A stretch of DNA of 64,000 nt from Dehalococcoidia bacterium (GTDB lineage: Bacteria > Chloroflexota > Dehalococcoidia > Lucifugimonadales > Lucifugimonadaceae), in assembly GCA_040878005.1 (NCBI GenBank), contig JBBDMW010000023.1, positions 45,376-109,375 on the forward strand, in the 5' to 3' direction. The notes beneath the pieces are model-generated. The model saw only the letters and a program-made list of their open reading frames with translations. It did not search any database and had not been told where the DNA came from. The translations under genes were made by a program, and so were the position numbers. Positions 37,048 through 46,600 of the stretch are shown piece after piece (position 1 is the first letter of the stretch; each line of letters begins with the position of its first letter).

Positions 37048-37083
37048 CAAGCAGGCCCGTCGTCGCGACGACGGGCCTGCTTG
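37048..37083 (+). terminator. Strong hairpin after arsM
   Basis: caagcaggcccgtcgtc pairs with gacgacgggcctgcttg, a near-perfect 16-17 bp GC-rich stem. It begins 12 nt after the stop and is followed by ttactatt. Confidence 0.7.
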
Positions 37084-37139
37084 TTACTATTCAGGTCTTC
37101 GCTGAGCAACGTTACGGTTCCTACCAACTTCAATAAGCA

Positions 37140-38396
37140 ATGCAACAACTACCAGTGAACAACGGTCAGTCGCGCGCCCTTGAAGGAATTCGTGTCCTTG
37201 ACTGTAGCCAAATATTGGCCGGTCCATTCTGCAGCATGCTGCTGGCGGACATGGGTGCTGAGGTCATCAAGGTTGAAAAGCCCGGCGGAGGCGACGACAC
37301 TCGTCGCATGGGGCCGCCTTTCATTGAGGGTGAGTCAGCGGCATTCCTGGCGTTGAACCGCAACAAGCGCAGCATTGTGCTGGACTTCAAGGCGGAAGAG
37401 GGCGCGGAGGCCCTGAAGCGCCTTGTGGCAAAGTCAGACGTGCTGATCGAGAACTACCGCGGCGGCGCCATGGACCGCCTGGGGCTGGGCTATGAGGCGC
37501 TGTCGAAAATCAACCCCGCGCTCATATATTGCTCAATCTCCGGATTTGGCCGCACCGGGCCATATGCCACGCGCGCTGGGTTTGACCTGGTGGCGCAGGG
37601 CATGAGCGGCCTGATGACCATCACGGGCGTGCCAGACTCGCCACCTGTGAAAGTGGGCGTGCCGGTAGCCGATTTGAATGCGGGCATGTTCGCCAGCTAC
37701 GGTATATTGTCCGCATACATAAACCGGCTGCGCACCGGCAAGGGCCAGTACCTTGAAGTGTCGCTGCTGGAAGCGGCGCTGGCGTACACAGTCTGGGAGT
37801 CCAGCAGCTACTTCGCCACCGGCAACATCCCCGGCCCCCTGGGATCAGCGCACCGTGCATCTGCTCCGTACCAGGCCCTTCGTACAAGCGACGGTTACAT
37901 AAACGTGGGCGCGCCGAACCAGTCCAACTGGATCCGATTGATCAACGCCATCGGCCGCCCTGATCTCCAGGAAGACCCCCGCTTCATTGACAACGCTTCA
38001 CGACTGGTGAACAGGGAAGAGCTCGAAGTTGAGCTTGAGAAGACCATGGTGAAGCACGATCGGGAGTACTGGCTTGCCTTGCTGGACGAGGCAGGGGTGC
38101 CATGTGGGCCAATACTGAACATGGCCGAAGCATGGTCCAACGAGCAGGTGCAGGCCCGGCAGATGGATGTGCCATCGCACCACCCTTCAGCTGGTCCGAT
38201 CCGCAATATTGGCCTCGTGGCCAAGCTGTACGGCACGCCGGGCAGCATTGAGAGGCCTGCGCCGCTTCTTGGTGAGCACACGCATGAAATCCTGGAGTAC
38301 GGCGGATACTCTGAGGCTGAAATCGCCTCGTTAATACAATCCGGGGCCGCTGGCGTAGGCGACGATTCCGTGAAGGCTCGCACCGCGAAGAGTTAG
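37140..38396 (+). CDS. Family III CoA-transferase (CaiB/BaiF type)
   Basis: 'LEGIRVLDCSQILAGPFCSMLLADMGAEVIKVEKPGGGDDTR' and 'DVLIENYRGGAMDRLGLGYE'. Confidence 0.9.
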   Translation: MQQLPVNNGQSRALEGIRVLDCSQILAGPFCSMLLADMGAEVIKVEKPGGGDDTRRMGPPFIEGESAAFLALNRNKRSIVLDFKAEEGAEALKRLVAKSDVLIENYRGGAMDRLGLGYEALSKINPALIYCSISGFGRTGPYATRAGFDLVAQGMSGLMTITGVPDSPPVKVGVPVADLNAGMFASYGILSAYINRLRTGKGQYLEVSLLEAALAYTVWESSSYFATGNIPGPLGSAHRASAPYQALRTSDGYINVGAPNQSNWIRLINAIGRPDLQEDPRFIDNASRLVNREELEVELEKTMVKHDREYWLALLDEAGVPCGPILNMAEAWSNEQVQARQMDVPSHHPSAGPIRNIGLVAKLYGTPGSIERPAPLLGEHTHEILEYGGYSEAEIASLIQSGAAGVGDDSVKARTAKS

Positions 38397-38466
38397 CAGC
38401 GCGGCGGCGCAAACCGCAAGCCTCCAGCCACTTCAGAAGTCCCGGCAATCCAGTACAAGGACCACG

Positions 38467-38862
38467 ATGGTGCGCCCACCCCAGCGCATGCTGACCCTTG
38501 TCACGTTTGTCATCGTCTTTACCGCATGTACTGCAGACGGACAGGATGCAACAGCGGTGCTTGGCTCGCGGCCCGCACCAACAGCCACCGAGACACGCAC
38601 TGACTCGTCGCGTTTTTTCCTGGACGTTACTTCGCCGGACAGAGGCCAGGTGGTGACCAGCCATGAAACCATCACTGTGCGTGGCCATACCCGGCCCGAC
38701 GCGGTCGTTAGCCTCAATGACACGCTGGTTGCCCCTGACAGGGATGGCAGGTTCGCTTACGACTTCTTCCTGCGGGACGGTCCGAACCTGATCGAGATCA
38801 CTGCCAGCGTTTCCACCGGAGAGACTGGCAGCAAAACCTTTGAGGTCATATACCTGCGCTGA
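38467..38862 (+). CDS. Small lipoprotein with a beta-sandwich (Ig-like) domain
   Basis: Lipobox 'FVIVFTAC', then 'ITVRGHTRPDAVVSLNDTLVAPDRDGRFAYDFFLRDGPNLIEITAS'. Paralogous to the C-terminal domain of the gene at 55051-55602. Confidence 0.65.
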   Translation: MVRPPQRMLTLVTFVIVFTACTADGQDATAVLGSRPAPTATETRTDSSRFFLDVTSPDRGQVVTSHETITVRGHTRPDAVVSLNDTLVAPDRDGRFAYDFFLRDGPNLIEITASVSTGETGSKTFEVIYLR

Positions 38863-38893
38863 GATGCCGGACACCCGCAGGTGGCCCCGTGGC

Positions 38894-39817
38894 TCAGGAG
38901 TGCTCCACCGGTTCGCTAAAGAAGTCAGCCAGCAATTCATTCACCCGATCCGGGCTGTCCCAAATCGATACATGCCCGGTATCCGGCAGTACCTGAAGCC
39001 GTGAGTCAGGTATCAGCCTCGCAGCCCGCTTTGCATGGCTCACCGGAAAGAAGCGGTCCTTTTCTCCCCAGATGATGAGCGTGGGTACCGAGAGGCTTCG
39101 GAGGTCACTGTCCGGGAAGACGTAACGCTGTCCGCCAATGTTGGCGAACGACGGCAGGTTTCTCCGCAATGCCTCAGGATGGCCCTCGGCGGTGGTCACT
39201 TCGTATGCGTACTGCTTGAAGACGTCTGCGTCCGGCCCTTCAGGGTTAACTACCTCCGCAGCGGCAAAAAACCGGTCCTGCAGGAACTTGTTGGGGCGAA
39301 CGGCGAGCCGGCCCACGACGGGCCACGACGCCAGCCTGAATGGCCATGGAAGATCTCTGCCAAGTCCTGCAGCGTCTATCAAAACCAGTTTCTGAACCCG
39401 CTCCGGCGCATCCACTGCCAGTGAGATGGATGCGAACCCGCCCAGCGACAGCCCTGCGAAGCATGCCTTCTCAATGCCAATCGAATCCATGAATGCCAGC
39501 AGGTACTCACTGGTGAACTGCTTGATGGGCATTTCGAGCGCTGGCTGGCTGGAGAGTCCGAAAAGCGGGTTGTCAGGAGCAATGACCCTGAAGGACTGGC
39601 TGAGCGCCGCAATTTGCCGGTACCACACTGCACAGCCCGCACCGCCTCCGTGCACCAGCAGCAGGGGAGGCCCTTCGCCATACTCCAGGTAGTGGATGCG
39701 GTTGCCGTCAGCTTCTACGAAGCCGCCCTGGTACGGCAGCCCTGCGCGGCCCAGCAGGTCCACCATGTTGCGGTGGATGCGTTCGTGGGCAGGTGAATAA
39801 TCGCGGATCTGTACCAT
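38894..39817 (-). CDS. Alpha/beta hydrolase (meta-cleavage-product-hydrolase-like)
   Basis: 'PPLLLVHGGGAGCAVW', the nucleophile elbow 'GLSLGG', and a C-terminal 'PDTGHVSIWDSPDRV'. Confidence 0.8.
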   Translation of the reverse strand: MVQIRDYSPAHERIHRNMVDLLGRAGLPYQGGFVEADGNRIHYLEYGEGPPLLLVHGGGAGCAVWYRQIAALSQSFRVIAPDNPLFGLSSQPALEMPIKQFTSEYLLAFMDSIGIEKACFAGLSLGGFASISLAVDAPERVQKLVLIDAAGLGRDLPWPFRLASWPVVGRLAVRPNKFLQDRFFAAAEVVNPEGPDADVFKQYAYEVTTAEGHPEALRRNLPSFANIGGQRYVFPDSDLRSLSVPTLIIWGEKDRFFPVSHAKRAARLIPDSRLQVLPDTGHVSIWDSPDRVNELLADFFSEPVEHS

Positions 39818-40074
39818 GATGAATGTATATGTAACAGCTTACAGGTGACGGGCGCTTACTTTAAGCATACGAACTCCGCTCAAGTTGTGTAACGTAAGCC
39901 ACCGCGTTTTCGCTTGCATTCTGTGTGATCGGCTTATCCAGTCCCACGGTCCCCTGGCCTGCCCCGGGTTTGATCGGCAAGCATAAGCCTTTCCTGGCCT
40001 GCTGAACAACTTGGTCTCATTCACCCGGAACGGCCGTATGAAGTTCCAGGTTGCGACTCTAGAATCAATCTGTG

Positions 40075-42507
40075 ATGACTTCACACTTGGACACTTATCA
40101 GCCTGACCTCGACCGTCCTGGCAGCACCGGCGCCGATGATCTGCGCGTGATTGCTGAGAACCTGCTCGAGTTCCCACGTGTACGCCAGATGCTGGCTGGC
40201 CGCGCACGTTTTTTCCTGTCGCGGGAGTTGGCGTTGCGCCTCACCCCGCAGACTCACCGTGAAGATGTGGATCGCCTCCAGGATGAAGCGGCTGAGGCAT
40301 GCCTCATGCTCGATACGGTCGGTGATATCGGCCTCACCGGCGCAGAGGACCCGCGGCCGCTGCTGAGAAGAGCGGCGCTGGACGGGATGCTCACTGGCCA
40401 GGAAATGGTCGGCATTGTGCATCTCTTTGATTCGATATGGCTGGCGCGCCGGGTCGTGGAGTCCATGAAGGGCAGGGCGCCACGAATGGAGGCTTTGGCC
40501 GCTGAGATCCCGGACCTGAGGGATGTGAAGGAGCGCATCTTTGAGGCTCTGTCAGATCGTGGTGACGTGCTGGACTCGGCTACGCCGCGCCTGGGGCCAC
40601 TCCGGGAGCAGGCGGCCAGGGCATATCGCCGGCTGGTCCGGCAGTTGGAGCGGCTTTCCGCTGACTCATCAGTCCGGAGCGCTCTCCAGTCGACAGCCAT
40701 CGCCACCAGGGGTGACCGGCTGGTGCTCGAAGTGAAGTCGGACCACCGGAGAGCAGTCCCGGGCATTGTTCATGATGTGTCGCAGTCCGGTGCAACGCTG
40801 TTCGTAGAGCCGTTCCGTGCTGTGGAGGCATGCAACGAGTGGCGGGAGCTCGCGGCTGAGGCCCAGCGTGAAGAGGAGCGCGTACTCCGGCGATTATCTC
40901 GCATACTCGGCGATAGGGAGCCGGAGGCGGTTGCTGCCCTGGAGGCAGCGGCGGACCTGGATTTCATTGCGGCGCGTGGGCGGCTTTCCAGGGCCATGCA
41001 TGCAGTCCGTCCAGAGACGCTTGAGGCCGGCTCTGAGCCCGCCCTGAGGCTGTTCAACGCACGTCACCCGTTCCTGGGCGAATCCGCCGTGCCTGTCACC
41101 GTGTCCATTGGCCCGGGTTTCCGCGGGCTTGTAATCACCGGGCCGAACACGGGCGGCAAGACCGTTGCCCTGAAGACAATGGGCCTGCTGGCCCTCATGC
41201 ACCAGTCCGGTCTCCAGCTTCCGGTCAGCGACGGTTCGGCAATGTCTGTATTCGATGCTGTGTACGCGGACATCGGAGATGCCCAGAGCATTGAGCGTTC
41301 TGTGTCCACATTCTCATCACACATGGGCAACGTGGTTCGGATTGTCGGCGAGGCCGGGCCAACTTCGCTGGTGTTGCTTGACGAGCTGGGCACCGGAACT
41401 GACCCGGAGGAAGGCTCTGCTCTTGCCCGGGCAGTTCTGGCGCACCTGCTGGACAACAACGTGCCGGTGGCGATCACCACGCATCACAGGGCCGTGGCGG
41501 AGTTTGCAGGCGGCACGGGCAAAGCGCAGAACGCATCCGTTGAACTGGACCCTGAGACACTCCTGCCCACATATCACCTCATCATGGGAATCCCCGGCCG
41601 CAGCTACGCGCTCCACGTGGCCTCCCATCTTGGCTTGCCGAAGCCGATCCTTGAGCATGCTGACTCCATGCTCGACCCAAGCCGCGCCCAAGCGGAGACC
41701 CTGCTGAACCAGATCCAGCGGGAACGTGACGAACTTCGCAAGGCGAATGAGAAGGCTGCGCAGGAGCTGTCATCCGTAGAGACGGCACGCAAAGAGCTGC
41801 AGACGCGGCTGAGCCAGGTCACGCGCCAACAGGAGGACCTGGTGGAGCGCACGCGCCGTGAACTGCGCAACGAAGCTGACAACATCCGACGCACCCTGCG
41901 CCGAGTCGTGGATGAAGCGAAGGCGGACACTGATCTGGCCGCCGCCCAACGGGCTGTCAGCCGTGTGCGTCACCAGGTGGCAGAGCCAACGTGGTTCCCC
42001 ATTGGGGGAGTTGACCAGGATGCGCAGGATGAGACCGCTCCACTGGAGGAGCAGCCGCTCCGGGCTGGTGACTCAGTGGAGATAAAGGGCCTGAACGTCC
42101 GCGCCGAGGTCGTCGGAGTCTCAGACAACGGGAGCGTAGACCTCCGAATGGGCAATGCCCGAATTCAGCTCAATGCCCGCCAACTTCGTCGTGTTTCCTC
42201 GGCCGGAGACAGGCCTCTACCTCAACGCCCCGACGTGCGGATCAGCGCAGCGCCTTCCAATTCCACGTCCGGAGAGTTGGATATCAGGGGCGTCCGCGTT
42301 CATGAGGCTGAGGAGCTTGTTTCGGACTTCCTGGACCAGTGCGCTCTCCAGGGGCTGGACCGCTGCCGGATTATCCATGGGACCGGTACCGGTGCTCTCC
42401 GCGAAGCTGTAAGGGATATCCTGGCGGGATCGCCGCATGTTGTGAGCTTTGCTCCCGCCGCGAGGCCCGAAGGCGGCAATGGTGTCACTGTCGCCGAGCT
42501 TGGATAA
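40075..42507 (+). CDS. mutS2: Endonuclease MutS2 (MutS-family ATPase with a C-terminal Smr domain)
   Basis: Walker A 'ITGPNTGGKTVALKT', 'LVLLDELGTGTDPEEG', a coiled-coil linker, and Smr 'LDIRGVRVHEAEELVSDFLDQ...IIHGTGTGALREAV'. Confidence 0.95.
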   Translation: MTSHLDTYQPDLDRPGSTGADDLRVIAENLLEFPRVRQMLAGRARFFLSRELALRLTPQTHREDVDRLQDEAAEACLMLDTVGDIGLTGAEDPRPLLRRAALDGMLTGQEMVGIVHLFDSIWLARRVVESMKGRAPRMEALAAEIPDLRDVKERIFEALSDRGDVLDSATPRLGPLREQAARAYRRLVRQLERLSADSSVRSALQSTAIATRGDRLVLEVKSDHRRAVPGIVHDVSQSGATLFVEPFRAVEACNEWRELAAEAQREEERVLRRLSRILGDREPEAVAALEAAADLDFIAARGRLSRAMHAVRPETLEAGSEPALRLFNARHPFLGESAVPVTVSIGPGFRGLVITGPNTGGKTVALKTMGLLALMHQSGLQLPVSDGSAMSVFDAVYADIGDAQSIERSVSTFSSHMGNVVRIVGEAGPTSLVLLDELGTGTDPEEGSALARAVLAHLLDNNVPVAITTHHRAVAEFAGGTGKAQNASVELDPETLLPTYHLIMGIPGRSYALHVASHLGLPKPILEHADSMLDPSRAQAETLLNQIQRERDELRKANEKAAQELSSVETARKELQTRLSQVTRQQEDLVERTRRELRNEADNIRRTLRRVVDEAKADTDLAAAQRAVSRVRHQVAEPTWFPIGGVDQDAQDETAPLEEQPLRAGDSVEIKGLNVRAEVVGVSDNGSVDLRMGNARIQLNARQLRRVSSAGDRPLPQRPDVRISAAPSNSTSGELDIRGVRVHEAEELVSDFLDQCALQGLDRCRIIHGTGTGALREAVRDILAGSPHVVSFAPAARPEGGNGVTVAELG

Positions 42508-42592
42508 GCTGCCGATGTGGCTCCACCCAGTGGACCGCAGGGGTTATCTTTTGACAATTGCATGCCAGTCCATACAGGGATAGGAGCCTCCG

Positions 42593-43306
42593 TTGACACA
42601 GAAATTCTCTCCTCTTACCGCTGACCAGATAGAGGCGATCCAGCAAATCGACACGCCGACCATCGCCAACGTCTTGGAGCCGCTTAACATCCGGCCCTGG
42701 AATGAAGGTTTCATGAAGCCTGAGATTCGCTGCATGTTCCCGGAGTTCGGAACACGCGTCGGTTATGCGGTGACGGTAACCATGACCGCAGCTGAGCCGG
42801 GGGAGGGGATTCCACGGGACCGGTACTGGGAGTCGATTCTGAACATGCCGGCGCCCCGCATCGTCGTCATCCAGGACAACGATTATCCAGACTCCGTAGG
42901 CTCATTTTGGGGCGAAGTCCAGGCGAATATCTGCCTGGGGCTGGACTGCGTGGGCGCTGTCACCAACGGCGGAGTTCGTGACCTGCCCGTTGTACGTGAA
43001 CTTGGCTTTCAATTTCATGCCAAAGATGTGCTGGTCTCACACGCCTACGTGCGGGTCGAATCACTCGATATTCCCGTGTCAGTTGGCGGCCTGGAAATAC
43101 GCCCGGGGGACCTCCTGGCGACTGACGTGCATGGTGTAATTCAGATCCCTCATGAAATAGCTCCCAGGCTGCCAGAGTTGGCTGCTGAGGCCGCCAGGGC
43201 GGAGGCGGTGATGATCGAGGCGGCTCGCAGCAAGAATGTGACCGTGGAGACGCTCAAAGACGCCGCTGTGAGAATGCAGCAAATTCGCAAAGGCGATATT
43301 CATTAG
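42593..43306 (+). CDS. RraA-family protein (RraA / HMG-CHA aldolase-like)
   Basis: TTG start with an AGGAG RBS. Contains 'DTPTIANV', 'SFWGEVQANICLGLDCVGAVTNGGVRD' and 'PGDLLATDVHGVIQIP'. Confidence 0.7.
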   Translation: MTQKFSPLTADQIEAIQQIDTPTIANVLEPLNIRPWNEGFMKPEIRCMFPEFGTRVGYAVTVTMTAAEPGEGIPRDRYWESILNMPAPRIVVIQDNDYPDSVGSFWGEVQANICLGLDCVGAVTNGGVRDLPVVRELGFQFHAKDVLVSHAYVRVESLDIPVSVGGLEIRPGDLLATDVHGVIQIPHEIAPRLPELAAEAARAEAVMIEAARSKNVTVETLKDAAVRMQQIRKGDIH

Positions 43307-43640
43307 ACATTGACCGTTACAAGTGGCCGCCGGTTGGTAGGCGAAATGCTTTGAGGCGCACTTCAATGACACGTGCTTTCGCTGCTATATACGTAGCTTG
43401 GGTGGGCTAATATCCCACTGTATTCACCACTTGAGTGGGAAACACCACAGGATTTGCTCAAACTTCTCACGTGTTCTTTGCAACACGAAAGCGTGTTAAC
43501 CAGTTACAGGAACACTAGACTTCCACAATTGTGGATAGCCTATAGTCTGTATGTAACCGTCTCCGCTGCCGCAACGCACCCCGCGGCAAATTGGCGATGC
43601 CCGCCTGCCTGGCATTGCAGCCAGGCACCTGACGACACCT

Positions 43641-46600
43641 GTGGCGGGAGGGGTGGGCGCGGCGCGGTTGTTATTGCACGCGCCCATGACACAACGCCAC
43701 GCCAGCAGCCATCCGAACGGATCAGAATCTGAATACGAGGCCATCCTCGGCATCGACGACGGCGGCGGTGTCATCTTCGCTACGCGGGAGGTGGAGCATG
43801 TCTTCGGGTATCCCGCAGACAGCCTCGCCGGAACACCATTGGCCCGGATCCTCCCGGGTGGCTTGCCGGTGGCTGGTCAGCGATCGGGCACCTGGCATGC
43901 GGATGGCTCGGTAGTCGACGGTCATATCAGTGTCACCGGCAAACGCATTGATGGTTCCCCTGTTCACCTGACAGCTACCCTGACGCGGGCTGGGGGCGAC
44001 GCTCCCGGAGTGACCATCCTGCGCCTGGGAGTGAAACGCAGCGATCCCTCAGCGCCTCCGTCAGTGGTACAACCGGCAGACAGGCTCACGGGGCTTGCAT
44101 CCATGGGAACGCGTTCCATGGCGGGTGCGTCCATCCAGGACCTGTATGACCAGGCTGCTGAATTGCTCCGGTCTGGCATTGGTGCGGACTGTGCCGCCGT
44201 ACTGGAATACGGGGACGTGCCCTACATAAACGTGTTTCGGGCTGGCGCTGGATGGGGTCTTCCGCCTCCCGTTGGCTCAGAGGTACAGGCAGACCCACGC
44301 ACTTCGCCCGCGAGTCTCAATAGTCCTGTGGTGATGCCGGACCTGGATGCTGCGGGGCTGCCGTCTCTGCCTGACCTCTTCATACGGCACGGAATAGCGG
44401 GCCTGATTGCAGTTGCCATAAGGGACGGGGGTGGCATCCACGGCTCATTGGCCGCGTATGTGCAGAAGCCGCGCCAGTTCAGTGGCGACGACGTTTCATT
44501 TGCGCAGTCGATCTCCAACGTCCTATCTGCAGCGCTTCTCAGGCAACGCAGCGAACGCATTCTGCGCCAGGAGTCACTTGAGCGCACGGCCACCACCGAT
44601 ATAGCGCGGATTGTCTCAACAGGGCCGGGCCTGGATGCGGGATTCCAAAACCTGGCTGCGGGGTTGTCGAAGATATTCGAGTTTGACCTGGCCACCATCC
44701 ACAGCGTAAACATCAGCGCCGGGATGATCACGTTGTCCGCGGCTGCAGGTTCCGTCTCATCGGGCTGGGCCAGCGGTGAGGCGCGTCCACTGGAAAACAC
44801 GTTTGAGCAGCAGGTGCTGCGCCACGGGAGGGCAGTGGCCCTTGGAAGGTCGTCGCCTGATCGGCTGGAAGGCGCCCAGGCGACCGTTGCAGAATGGCGG
44901 AGCAGGGGCATCCGGTCACTATTGGCAGTACCGCTGGTTATCGCTGGATCACCAGCGGGCCTGCTCATCATGGGGGCGACTCGTGATGACGCCTATACTC
45001 ACCGTGATGCTGTGGCGCTGGAACGGATAGTTCCCATGATTGCCGGTGCGGCGCTGGTCGCCAACTGTCATGAATCTGTCCCAGGTGAGTCACCTGTGAC
45101 GTCAGCGTCGTCCAGGCCCCCCCGGCATGTTGAAACGGCTACTGGTCAGGTGGACGCGGATTCAGTTCTCGCACTTATCGGCCGCACATTTACATCGTCC
45201 ATGGACGTGGCGGATTTCTACGAGGAGTTCGTTGCCCAGGCGCGCAAGCTGGTCCCATGTGACCGGTTGACCCTGAGCCGTCCTGGCCCCGAGCCAGCGA
45301 CTGTGGAGGTACTCGCTGTCTCCGGACAGGAGACGCGGGAGTTGGGTCCGGGGTCCGTCCTGCCTGTTGGGAGCATGGCTGATCCATTGGTTGCCACCTC
45401 ACTTGAGCCCACGCTGACCGATCTGGAGGTGGCAGTATCCGCAGGCCGCCCCGCGGCCATGTGGTTATACAGGGCCGGGTTGAAATCGGTGCTCAACGCA
45501 CCGGTCGTTCGCAACGGCAGTATCGTCGGCATTCTCTCCTTCTTCTCGTTTGACCCAGAACCTTACGGACCAGGGGATATGGACCTTGCCGAGCGTATCT
45601 GCGCCCAGATTGCTGGCGCGTTCGGGAATATACAAACCTACGCGATTACGTGGGCTGAGGCGCAGGAGAGGGCTGTGCTGGCGGAAATCGGGCGGATCGT
45701 GACGTCATCGCTGGACGTCACCCAGTTTCATATGCAGTTCGCCGAGCAGGTGCGGCGGCTCATACCATTCGACCGCATCGTGCTCAACGGCATTGATAAC
45801 GAGACAGGAAACTCGGAGCTGCTGTTCGTTGCCGGGGAGCATGTTTCCGATGACCCTTTCGTTGAGCCCCTCGAATTGTCGGAGGCGGGGCAACCTGCCA
45901 GGCAAGGGGAGATACGACGTGGACCGGCGAACGGGAGTACTCCAGTGGGGCCAAGCTCCGTGGTTGCCCCGGTGATCTGGGGTGACCGGGTCATAGGTAG
46001 CCTGGAGTGCCAGTCGTTCACGTCAAACGCCTACTCGCAGCAGCACCTGGCGGCCGCACAGATCGTCTGCGCCCAGATTGCCGGGGCGCTGGCGAATTTT
46101 GAGCTTCACCGCCAGCTCAAGAGACGCGCACTTACAACCACTGTGCTCGCCAGCATCGGACGAACCATCACCGCATCGACTGACATTACCGAGGTCTATG
46201 AACGATTCGCAGGGCAGGTGAGCGAACTCATCCCATTCGACAGGCTGGCGATATCAAAGATCGACGCGGAACAGCGTCTTGTAACCGCCCTGTATGTGCA
46301 TGGAACTGATTCGCAGGATGCTGCAGTGGGAACCGAAGTGAAGTTCGATGACTTTGCCTCCCCTCGTCTCTTTTCCGCCAGGGAGGCGTTCATAGTAAGT
46401 GCTGGACTCGAGTCCGCGGGAGGGTCACGGATTTACGCACCCATCGTCTGGCGCGACCGCACCGTGGGATGCATTGAATTCAGTTACATGCAGAAGGGCG
46501 CGTATACCGACGAACACAGGGTTGTCTCGGAACGTATCGCCGCTCAGATTGCTGGCGCGTTCATGAACGCCCAGCTTCTCGCTGCGACCGCGGGGGCGGA

